Shown here piece after piece: positions 52,366 through 64,000 of a DNA stretch of 64,000 bases. Origin of the DNA: Ruditapes philippinarum. Taxonomy: Eukaryota. Both the position numbers and the translations under genes were made by a program. The notes beneath the pieces were generated by a model. That model was not told the DNA's origin. It did no database searches and saw only the letters and a program-made list of their open reading frames with translations. The stretch spans positions 1 to 64,000 of the forward strand of contig NW_026860662.1 in the NCBI RefSeq assembly GCF_026571515.1, written 5' to 3'. How positions within the stretch are numbered: position 1 is the first letter of the stretch; each line of letters begins with the position of its first letter.

Positions 52366-54854
52366 GGGTAAGTATCTCGAAGCTATCGTTAGCATAACGA
52401 CTATCGTATACCTCTCGTTAAGGTTTTCACCGCTATCTCGACGCTCTCGTAATTAACGAATAATCGTTTACATGTCCAATTATTAACGGATGCCTAGAGG
52501 TAGTCGTAAGGCTCTCGTTACTATCATTTTGACACAAAAGTAAGAAAGGTGCGATTTTAAAGTACATAAAAAATGAGAATTATATCATTTTATTGATAAA
52601 AAATGATGAACCGACATAAATATAGTATTGTATTTCTTTTTCTCATGAATTTTCACAGGCCCGTTATAGATTTTATTGTGTAAATTCACTTAAAGAACTC
52701 TTTAATACAGTTCCATAAAAAATATCATTGATTATTTGAAAGAGATAAACTTGTTTCAATGGATCTAATTGGCTCATTTTTTATTGTCATTTACAAAGTT
52801 TTACATAACATTTTAAGCCTATTTAGCATTCGGCACGATATGGCCAGTTATGAGTTGACGACCCGTAAAAATCCAAACAAACAAATTTTTTCTCACATAT
52901 CAAACATATGTAAACTGTAAAGCCGTAAAGGTTCTTTACAGTTTAATTTAAGACTTATATTTGAATGCGGATGAAAGAAAAACATATCATAACTTAAACA
53001 GCGAAAGGAATAATCTCCGTAATGTGTAATTTTGCACAAGAAAATATAAATAAATATATGCATACATCATGCTGAAAATTCAACAAAATTCAAACTTGTT
53101 ACAGAATTATATTTTGAAAAGTAAACTGTGACGTATTAATTACATCATGAAGAAAAGTGCATCACATCAGCTGCAAAAATCGGTACCAAAAAAAGGGATG
53201 TAATATATAGAAATGTTGTTTGTTTATCATTTCATAGTAACAAATATTTCACTCGCGAACACAAGTTGTTATAATTTAACTCGTTATATTTTAATTTATA
53301 ATACAACAAACATCCTTTGTTTAAAACAAAATGAAAATTTATCCATATTGATTAACAGCAGCCATGTATATATTTAGTAAAACAGAGTTTTGACAGGTTA
53401 TATGGCCGTATATAAACGATAACCCGATCTGCCAAGTGAGAGTTATATTGCAAACAAAATTATATCGGCCATGTATCCTGTTAAAAATCTTTATAACGAA
53501 TTTACAATACTGCAGAAAAAGAGAGATTTCTTGATAAATTGACAGCAGCTGTGTATATAAACTATATAAACGCCAATTAAAATTGACTTACCAAACTTGC
53601 ATTAACAAACGTGCAGTATTATAAAAGATTTTACTATACTGCACGTTTGTTACATCACTTTTCATTGGAAAATCATGACATTTTTATAGTTTTATATACA
53701 CTGTTTCTGGCAATTTTCTAAGAAATCTCACTTTTTTTTCTCAAAAAAGGGAAGTTCGCGGTTTTATGAATTCGTTATAAATATTCCTGACATGTAAAAT
53801 GGTTGTAGGCAATATAACCATCGCCTAGCGGGTCGGGTTATATTTCCAAACAGTCGTTTATATAGGGCAATATTACCTGTCAAAAATCTTTATAACTAAT
53901 AATATAAACGTCATGATTATTCAATGAAAATCGACTTTACATATTTAATATATATTTATGCTTATGAAGTCATTGTTTTGCTCATGGCGTCTATGTTATG
54001 CGCATGACGTCTTTGCAGCTGTGGGATTTTAGAAAGAGTTGCTGTACATATGTTTGTCTAAAGGGTAAAATTTTATTATGTTTCGTGAAAATATAGTCCA
54101 CATTTCAGTCAAACAGAGCGACAATGAAAGCAATATTTTCAAATTTGAATATTGACAGTATACTTACACCCAAAAATAGCCTGAAGATGCCCCCAGATTT
54201 TTTGACTGGTATTGATAAGAAAAAATCCGCCAGAATATTGGCTTTAACTATGTAAAGTGTTTAAAATATCTGACTACACTGGCAGCCGCTGCTGCTTTAG
54301 ATCTTCAGTCTCTGCGGTTTTATATACAGTCGTTCTTCCTCTGTTTCTAGTATTGCAGTTTCTATGTTAAGTTCCCTCCCCGCCCCTCAATTTAAATCAC
54401 GCCTGTTTTATTGGAACTTTCAACAGGGGTAGTTCCATTGACTGTTCTCTTTTTAAAGGAACCGTTTTCGTAGGTTTACCACTATCACAATTGATATTAT
54501 CAAGGCAATCGGGATTTTCATCGCGAAACAAGTCTATATTGTTAGACGACAGACCGGCGGCTCCTGCACGTGTCGTGTGATTGTGTTCCGGTTTAGCATG
54601 ATCGTAACCTTATATTCACCTTCGTCTACGCAAAATAATGATTCGGTGAATATTAACAAGAGCTGTACACAATTTTCGCGGTACATGTATTCAAATAACA
54701 CAACGCAATCGTTAATAACTAACGAGTAAGCAACGAACGATTGCTTAACTACTGCTTTCGAGATACCCGCGCTAGTCTCTCGTTAACCAACCCTCCGTCA
54801 ATCGTTAGCACGTTCGTAAACGCAAATATAACGATAGCTTCGAGATACTAACCC
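52366..54854. mobile_element. PIF/Harbinger-type non-autonomous DNA transposon inside LINE ORF2
   Basis: TIRs GGGTAAGTATCTCGAAGCTATCGTT / AACGATAGCTTCGAGATACTAACCC with TSD CAG. Excision restores YLSSNGKSAIDY. Confidence 0.85.
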
Positions 54855-56070
54855 CAGTAACGGTAAAAGTGCCATTGATTACGCTATTGCATCATTATAC
54901 TTATTTCATATCATATCTGACTTTATTGTACATGATTATTACACATTTTCACAACATGTTCCTGTACAGATAAATTTTAAAGTTAATTGTATAAAAAAAG
55001 ATAAACATGTTAAATACAATAATGTACCCAAACTTATTTTGGATAATGAAAAAGTTAATGACTATAATAATGTTCTATTAGATGCTTTTAGTAAACTAAA
55101 TAACATTGTTAACCAAATAATTTCCTCAAATATCACAATTAGTGAAGATGTTGATAATTTTGTTAATGTACTGTATAATGCTGTAATTTTGGTAATGTAA
55201 AGTATAATGCTTGCGTTTCATGTATTTGGTGTAAACAAACCTGTGTACTGTAATACAATAACAATTAATAAAAAGCATGATCATCCGTGGCTCACGAGCG
55301 ATAGCAAAACTGCCCGACATGAGTTAAATAGAGCAAATCGTTGTTTAAGGACAAATGAAAATTATCTTGTGGTTATTGATAAACGGAGGTATTATAGAAA
55401 GGTAAAACGCAAAGCAAAAATTTTGTATGAGAGCAAACAAAAAAGTGAATAGCATAATGCTTCAAAAAGTAGCCCTAAGAAATTTTGGGATCTTGTACGT
55501 AAATATAAGAAGCTAATGATTTTTATGAACATTTTAAGTCACTGTTTTCAGATACTAACATTTTTAGCGACCAAGATGTGGAAAATACTGTTAATGATGA
55601 AACTTTTGTACATGCTATAGAGCAGTTAGATTGTGAATTTTCAGATGATGAATTTTATAAAAACGTCAGAAAAGTGCTGGTGAGGATATGTTAATTTCCG
55701 AAATATTTTTAGACTCTAAACATATTATTGCACCTTTGTTATGTAAATTGTTTAATTATATGTATAGTAATTGTGCGTACCCAGACTCGTGGACCAAAGG
55801 CATATTGGTCCCTGTACCTAAAAAAGGAGATCCAAATATCGCTGATAATTATAGAGGTATTATGTTAACCAGTATATTTTCTAAAATATTTTCTCAACTT
55901 TTAGATACAAGGGCCAGAAGTTTTATTGAAAATAAACAATTATTAACCGATTGTCAATATGGATTTCGTCAGAATCGTAGCACTATAAATTGTATATTTG
56001 TTTTGCAAAGTTTGATAAATAGAATTTTACATCAAGAAAAAAGAAACTGTATTGTGCATTTGTAGATTTT

Positions 56071-57175
56071 AACTAGAAATGTGTCCATAGGACACGGGTG
56101 CCCCCACCGCGCCACTGTTCTGTCAATTTTTTTACTAAGTCAAGGGAAATAACTCTACAAATATTTGATAAATCCACAAACGAAACCCCAAGTGCAAATC
56201 TAAAATATGCTGAGCAACCTGCCCATAAGGTTTAATGACTATGTCAAATCCAAATTGAAAATTGCAAAAAATTTCTAAGTGAAGGGCAATAACTCTAAAA
56301 ATACTAAACGAATCCAGACAAAAATACCTGGTGCACAACTGCAAATGCTGATCAATATTCCTGTAAAGTTACATGACTCTAGGTCAAATACTTTTTGAGT
56401 TACGTGCGACACAAGTTGAAAATTGCAAAATTTTACTAAGTCAAGGGCAATCACTCTGAAAATACTAAAAATATCCACACGAAAATACCCAGGTGCACAA
56501 CTACACATGCTGATCAACATTCCTGTAAAGTTTCATAACTCTAGGTCAAATACTTTTTGAGTTACATGCGACACAAGTTGAAAATTGCAAAATTTACTTA
56601 GTCATGGGCAATAACTCTGAGAATACTAATAATATCCAGACGAAAATACCCAGTTGCACAACTACACACGCTGATTAACATTCCTGTAAAGTTTCATGAC
56701 TCTAGGTAAAATTCTTTTTGAGTTACGTGCGACACAAGTTGAAAATTGCAAAATTTTACTATGTCAAGAGCAATAACTCTGAAAATACAAAAAAAATATC
56801 CACACGAAAATACCCAGGTGCACAACTACACATGCTGATCAACATTCCTGTAAAGTTTCATGACTCTAGGTCAAAAACTTTTTGAGTTACATGCGACACA
56901 AGTTGAAAATTGCAAAATTTTACAAAGTCAAGGGCAATAACTCTGAAAATACTGAAAATATCCACACGAAAATATCCAGGTGCACAACTACACATGCTGA
57001 TCAACATTCTGTAAAGTTTCATGACTCTAGATCAAATACTTTTCGAGTTACGTGCGACACAAAAGTGAACGGACGGACGGAAGGACGGACGGAAGGACGG
57101 ACGGACGGACGTACGGACAGACGGACGGACGGACAAGGGTAAATCTAAATGCCCGCCACTAACGTGGGGGCACAA
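56071..57175 (-). mobile_element. HINE/pearl-type element with ~161-bp satellite array and (GGAC)n, inside the LINE RT
   Basis: aactag.. end, five to six ~161-bp units with an aagggcaataactct box, a microsatellite and a terminal hairpin. It splits GATTTT|AAAAAGGCATTCGAC (DF|KKAFD). Confidence 0.85.
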
Positions 57176-59272
57176 AAAGGCATTCGACCTTGTGTATAGA
57201 AATGGAATATGGTTTAAGTTGTTGAATTATCAGATGTTGTCTTAATTTATTAATATATTAAAAGCTATGTATCGATTAGCTACAAGCATAATTAAACGAG
57301 AAAAAGCATGATAAAATGCATGCTTGTCGGGATTGAGAAGGTTTATAAAGCTCCGCAAGATAAACTTTCTCACTAACCGGATAAAACTTCCTCATTCCGA
57401 CATCATCCATGTATTCTCTATATAATAATGAAAACGGGCCCTTGTATTTACACCAACAGTATTGAAGACGGGCCCTTGTATTTACACCAACACGATGCTA
57501 GTGTGTAATGTCTTAAGTTTGACACCGTCAAACCCTTTGCTCCTAAATATCTTTTTGCAAAATATTAAGCTATGATTTTCGGAGTTAATTGATTGAGTAA
57601 TTTAAAGTCTCATCAATGTACCCACTATAACAGTGACTTGCATTTATATACATTTCTAATCCAAATAAATTACTAACATCTCAATATTATGATGTACCTT
57701 CTTCGACATTGAAATTACGACAGAAGTCCCAAATATCTGAAAACAGTATCAAATAAGAAAGAATAATGTATGACAAAAAACTGCTCTGTTTACGGCAATA
57801 AAATATTCAGTCTGTCTGTCTTCTTTCAAACGAGTCTAGTGTTGGATTAGAAATGGAAATCCGTATAGTGGCCTCGCAAGTTTGTTTTGTTTGTTTCATT
57901 TTACGCCTTTTCCAAACAGTATTTCAGTCATATAGGCGAGTAGTTTCCTAACCATCATTCCAGGAGAGTTACACCAGTACTAGACTACCTTCCTCCGTGC
58001 TAAACTACCAAAACATTTCCCGGGGAGCGAAGCACGACAGAGAGGAACCTGGCAAGTAATCGGACGAATGGTTTTTCAAATTCTGAAAGCAACCGTACAT
58101 TGAAAAAACTCCAAAAGTGTTAATTTCAGTGTCAATTTTTCTTAACCAATGTGCTCTAACCGAAATTCCCTAATTTTCTAATACTTAGAAAGTTATTCTT
58201 CAAAGAGTCATGAGGGTATTAATCGGTGCTAGAAGTCGACGTAATATGACATTTTTGAGAAACCGAAGTGAGAAATTAAATTATTAGAAAAATATAGTTT
58301 TTTTCACAAGGACCATACCGAGAAATCTTTTCATGTAAGGCCACCTCATAAAGATAAACATTTCTTCAAAGAGCGACTTTTACTGAACTATTTTACCTGT
58401 ATTTAAAACTAAATCCGCGTAAATTGCCGTGTATAACTTGCTTGCAAACGGAAGTTATAGTGGACACTGGTGTGTATACTGTTCTATAACTATCCTCATC
58501 CAGAAATAATTAACACTATACATGTACTTTTATAATCTTACCAAATATAATTATGCTATTAATTGTATTTATTTTATGAATAATTTTTATACATTTCTTG
58601 CACAGAAATTAATTTATTCAAGTGTCCCAATTATCAAAACATAACTACTTATGATCCCCGTAGGATTAGGATGAACAAATTCTTATTAAATATCTAAGCT
58701 CAAGGCCATTTAACTTCTGATAAGCAGATTTGTTTTTATAGAAAATTGTTACTTAAGTCATGTTAACCTGACCTACAGAGCGGACCATTTTATTTCACTG
58801 TTCCTTCTTTTAAACAAAGACGTCGACCAGGTCAGGTTACGCATCTAATTATCTAATCTGTAGACATAGTGGCTCCTTGCTAGAAGATTTCAGGAGTTTA
58901 CGATAAGTAGAGCCCAGTTGTCAGGCTTTGAACAGTCATATAAGTTGTGCAGTTTTCAACCATTTGATTTATATTTCATTGTTTTCTTTAGGGATTCTTA
59001 TTTCTCTCTATTTTATCGCCACATCAGCGTTGTTTGTGCCGTGTGGAGGCTGTAAAAAGTCGCCCCGTACATTCAATCAGGGATGTTATATTTCCGATCC
59101 TTAAAGATCGTTCAGCACAAGATTATTGATGTGCTTGTGGTATTTTTAGTTTCAACTTTTAGGCATTTTCTAGTTGGGTGGTTCCAATATTCCTACTTGA
59201 ATAATGTTGAATCACCCTTAGGATATGTTGCCTGCTTTTTAAATTTGTCTTTTGGCGTCTTATCTGTGATAC

Positions 59273-59766
59273 GCAGGCTTCATAACCTCTGATCCCCTTT
59301 CAAAATTCCATTTTATTTAGTTCCGCCCATTGTTTTCTCGTTTAGGGCACACGCCTTTTTTTACTTGGGGACAATACGCCGCTTTTCATTGAATGGCACG
59401 GAAGAAATAAGAATCCCAAAAGAAAGCCCAACACGGCACAATTGAAAATGTTGCAGGCTCGGTTTGATTGAGCCTGTTCATGGACGGTACTGTCAAGTGC
59501 AAACTACCGACCACGCCCCCTAGCACCGGCTTAAGCAGAATTCAACATTTAAACATGAAATAGTAAAATTTTGAATTTAGAAACATCCGCAGATGTGTTC
59601 ATACGGCAGTTATCATGGAACCTTCAATGTGACACTTCCGTGCCATTCAATGAAAAGCGGCGTATTGTCCCCAAGTAAAAAAAGGCGTGTGCCCTAAACG
59701 AGAAAACAATGGGCGGAACTAAATAAAATGGAATTTTGAAAGGGGATCAGAGGTTATGAAGCCTGC
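59273..59766. repeat. Perfect 132-bp inverted repeat (59273-59404 / 59635-59766) with 230-bp spacer
   Basis: Arms match base for base by eye; weaker inverted similarity extends outward. Confidence 0.9.
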
Positions 59767-61746
59767 ATATAAAAAGCAGGCATCTTAGCCTAAGGTTGAT
59801 TCAACAGTATTCAAGTGAGGAATGTAAAATTACCATCGGATAAAGATCATTAGCATGGATCATGATATGCATTATAAAAAAAACAGATGTTTTACCTTAA
59901 CCCCTTAACAAATGAGGTATCCATGCGATCAATATCTGTGGATTTGTAAGTGTACCAAAATAGCCATACTTTAGATGTATTAATTTTGCAAATTATCATA
60001 CGTTTTATTGTGGCCTATTAAAATTACTTTGGCAAGGCAAATGTTATATCTTGGCCAATAAGAAATTCGTTGGAAGTGTCAAGTTATAATTAAGTGTCAA
60101 GTTATAATCATTAAATTATACTAGAATCTGACAAGATCAAACTTTTAAAACTCAGGACTTGAAACCTAGTTTTAAAAAAGGCACCAAGGCAATTACATTA
60201 TTAACAGCAATACAAAACAAAAATACAAAACAAACAAAAAACACAAAAAAAACCCCAAAAAACAACAAAAAAAAGAGAGAGAAAAAAAGAAGAAAGTAAA
60301 AAACGAAAAGGGTAAGAAAATAATAAAAAAAACGGACGCAAACAATTAAATAAATACGCCGCAGTTCCTAAATACCTAATTATGTCAAATTATGATACAA
60401 AATAATCAAATCCGCTTTTCAGCGATTAAAAGGGTAAAATCTTGAATAGGCAAACGGAGTTGCAAGAAGAAATAGGTAATTTTGGTGAAGATAAATATAT
60501 ATGTAAGGAAGATGTATGGAAAGAGATATGTACAGTGTTAAGGGGTAAGTGATATTTTGTACAATAAAATGACTTCAGAATTTAAATCTATGTGACTGAA
60601 TTATTTACATGTTTAAAAGTTATGCAGGTTTCGTGAACGAAATCATTGCGTTGAAACTCTTAGTCTTGCTCAGCATAAATTCAACGACATTATAACATAA
60701 AATAAAACAAAAATAAACAATTGGTTACAAAGATATATAAAGTTTTATTGGTGTTTATAATTAAATGTTATTAAAAGCAGGTGACTGTTTTATCATTTAA
60801 ATCATTTAAGGTAGGGGCGTGTGTTAGATGACAGAGTGATTATGTCTCAGTCAAATATTCATTTCTACACATCATGCACATACTTAATATTGATAAAAGG
60901 CTGAGTTTAGTGAACTTAGCTTGCCTTATAATCTCCTGATGTCTCTTCTTTTTTTAAATACAATTTCATGTTAAATGTTGTTTAAGCGGTCGTAGGGGGC
61001 GTGTACTGCTAACAGCTTGCACATTTCTGTACCGTCCATAAACAGTCTCGATCAAACCGAACCGGTAACATTTTCAAATTTTCAGTCGTTATTTCCCTTT
61101 TCTCAATATTGTTGATCTTCTTTTTTCTTTTTTTTTTCTCTCTTAATTTCAGATTCATAAGATGTTTGGTTAATGTATGAATTATGAACATTTTAACCTT
61201 ACGATGGTGAGATTATTCTTCACGCAAGATCAACTCATATATGTGATTCTCTATCATCTGATAGTGTGTACACATTTAGGTTTGTAATTTATTTCATCTC
61301 TATCATCTGACATTGTATATATACATTTATTTAGGTTTATTCTTTATTTCACGTCAGTCATAAGTTTTAACAATATTTTATTTATAATCCATACATTTAC
61401 ATAATAAAGTACATTAAATAAATGTTACGGATTGAGTAGGAAGCTTGTAAAGCATTTTTTTTATTTCATCTAAATCATTAAGACAATGATATATTGTAAT
61501 TTATTTTATGTTTGTGCCATTGTGTTAGTGATCATTTACTTCTTAGATCTCATAATAAATTGAAATGTATTGTTTCATACAATATAGCAAATACTGTCTT
61601 AATTTTAACTACTTAGTTCACAAATATAGATAAATACCTTGATATGCTTTGTAGTTTTCAATATTAATGCATCTGTTTATTATTGTCACTATATTACTAA
61701 CATGTTATATTCACTGTATAATCTTAGTTTTAACATTGTATTTTAG

Positions 61747-64000
61747 TATGGAGCCAGTGCACACCTAATAATTATGCGAACGTGTCGACAACAACAACTT
61801 ATCGGGAGTTAACCAGTCCTGGATATCCATCAAATTATCCAGCGTAAGTATCTGAAATATTGATTTGTTTGATAAAATAATATAATACACGTACATAAAA
61901 TCGTAAATAGTCTTCATTTTTAAATTTCTTATCAATAAAGAATAACGATTGTTTAGACAATTGAAAATGCTTAGATTATTAAAATTGTAAAGAGTTGAAT
62001 TCTACAATATGTTTCAGGAATCTGGACTGTTTGTGGTATATAGAAACAGATAATAGTTCTTACGTTATAAGACTAGAATTCCTGGAATTTTCTACAGAGG
62101 ATACGGGTTATTGTTTAGAAGATAAAGTTGTAATATATGACGGTATGTGCTATATTACACTTGTAATTGTTATAATGAAAATTGTGTCGTATTTATGCGC
62201 TTCATTACACCACAGTGTCTGTAACCGTGTAAAGATGTGTTTCTATATGATTACATTGTCATGATACAAATATAGCAGCTGGGATTGTTAACCTTTGTAA
62301 GGGGAGAAAGGGTAGGCAGGCTTGACCGTAGCTTGCAATTACCCCTCCAGTTTATACCTTGTGACACTTTAAGGCTTCCGTTTTTATCTATTTTGACTTT
62401 CTCCTAAACGTTAGCCACTTTTATCTTCATAATACCGATTTAACTGGTACGAAATAAATAAAAGTATGTCAAACAAGTAATTTGAATAAACATCTTATTA
62501 TAAAAAGCATCATCTTGTTTATGTATATAATCTAATCCGTATGCTTTATTGATACAAACTGGATAATTATGATTTGTTTCTTATTTTGAAGGTGAGCCGC
62601 ATTATTCGAATTATTTAGAGACATATTGTGGTAGGAAGATACCAGATCCAATTGTCAGTATAGGAGTATTGCTCACTATAAAACTACAAACTGACTCCTC
62701 GAAACATTCTACAGGCTTCAAGGCGAGATATATAGCAGGGCCCGAATGTAAGTTGTTTTTTATTTCAGTTAACCTATATACATGCATTTACGTGTGCCTG
62801 TAAATGCACCTTTCTTTGGTTTGTAAAACATTAGTTTAATAGTTTTCTTACCTACATGTTTTCCTTCTTCACCTTTAAAGTTCAATGAATTAATGTAATG
62901 TTCAGGTTGACGCCAGTTGTCCAGCAAAATTACATGTGACCGCCTAACTATAGACGATTTCGCAAAATATTCATTATATAATTTTATGATTTCTTTTCTT
63001 CAGTCGTAGGGATTACAATAGGCAGTTTACGGTCTGTATATATTTGAAAGGTTGACACAGTGGTAAATTTATTTAATGCTTGGAGGCACTCGGCGCTGTG
63101 TACTTTAACTTATATGTCGAACCGCTAAAATTTAGTTGTGTTGAATATTATCAGTACATTTAACATGAAATGTTACTGTTTGAGCAATATAAATCCTTTC
63201 CTTGCTCGTAGAATTCCTTCCATTTTGGTTTAGTAAATCCCGGTGCAATATAATAAAAGTCAGCACGTGGAACGTCACAGACTCGTAGCGATCTTTTAGT
63301 CCGCAAAATGTTTGTTGGCCGTTATAATTTTTGATTGGCAGGGATTCATTTTATTTACCCTTTGTCGTATCACAGTAACGTGTTATGGCTAAGAGTGTTG
63401 TTTTGTGTACTATTAACAATCCCATTAGCGTGTTTGATGCTGCCTGAAAATATATGTCTTTTTTATTGCTTCATGTAAATTTTGTGACACCTTTTGTGTT
63501 CCTTCCTGATTTATTTTTCTTAAACGGTAAATATCCTATACCCATAGTTATATTTATTAATTTTTCCCCTTTCCCAACTTATCCGTGTGCCGGCCCGTTT
63601 GGCCTTTCCTTATTTTGTTCTATGCCCTGCTTGGAAACTTGCTGGCGGTCCTTTATCACCCGTTTTATTAGGGGATGCGTTCATTCGATGCCGCATTACC
63701 CTTGTTGATCTTTCTTATATCCTATAGATCTGTCACTATAATATATAATTTTGTACTTTTTCCGGAATGTGTACAGAATAGCAGACAACTCATAAAAGCA
63801 ATTTCGATAGACCAGATTACAAAATTACAAGCAAAATATGTATTGGTAGCATTAAGATAAAAGACAACTATATAAGTATAATTGATATCTTTCCTATCTT
63901 CAGGTTTTGCACACACAAAAACTGTAAAAAAAAGTTATGTTTTTGTATCGACAATAATATTTCACAAATTTTCAACATTAAAGTTTGTGTACATTTCAGC
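61747..64000 (+). CDS. CUB-domain protein, paralog 3 (partial: signal exon not located, last exon beyond window)
   Basis: Exons: 61747-61843 (VWSQC..LTSPGYPSNYPA), 62018-62142 (NLDCLWYIET..CLEDKVVIYD), 62592-62747 (GEP..ETYCG..LQTDSSKHSTGFKARYIAGPE). The window ends at a tttcag|c acceptor like the last exon of paralog 1. Confidence 0.88.

Larger units (their letters stand above)
50270..57280 (+). mobile_element. LINE (L2/CR1-group) with ORF1 and APE-RT ORF2, interrupted by two insertions and lacking its 3' part
   Basis: ORF1 and ORF2 motifs as listed in the next two features; the 5' boundary is approximate. Confidence 0.88.
51640..57280 (+). pseudogene. LINE ORF2 (APE endonuclease + RT N-half), disrupted
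   Basis: LSWNVEGL, VSETW, GGVCLYI, YIPP, IGDLNART, SAIDY, PVPKKGDP..NYRGI, QYGFRQNRST, CAFVDF|KKAFD. Confidence 0.85.

Noticed and set aside
61486-61563. Hydrophobic mini-ORF as the signal-peptide exon of CUB paralog 3
   Set aside because: It has no phase-1 GT donor before its stop, and AT-rich DNA often gives hydrophobic ORFs; exon 1 is left unlocated

Overview
This is AT-rich, intron-containing eukaryotic DNA. The repeat landscape (tRNA-SINEs, HINE/pearl-type elements, a Sola-type palindromic MITE) suggests a bivalve mollusc, possibly a venerid clam; that assignment is inference. Host genes were reconstructed by hand from GT-AG sites and exon phase. (1) A minus-strand gene starts at ATG 9387 and runs off the left edge. 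Its body is an array of six tandemly duplicated, frame-symmetric 93-nt exons plus one dead copy, each encoding a 31-aa coiled-coil module; it may be a MIEAP/SPATA18-C-terminal-domain family member. (2) A plus-strand tandem cluster holds three paralogous single-CUB genes (27.1-34.3 kb, 42.0-46.7 kb, 61.7 kb to the edge). Paralogs 1 and 2 encode signal peptide, Ca-binding-type CUB, TM and a disordered tail with PPxY motifs, and paralog 2 ends in a LIR-like motif. Only the CUB exons of paralog 3 are visible. The rest is nested transposons: a BEL/Pao LTR element inside a LINE flanked by a ~340-bp direct duplication; a 5'-intact LINE interrupted by a Harbinger-type element and a satellite-bearing HINE; a decayed mariner; two IS3EU-type foldback MITEs; Sola-type MITEs; SINEs; and minisatellites. 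There are no true tRNA/rRNA genes or CRISPR arrays. Several frameshifts may be consensus errors.
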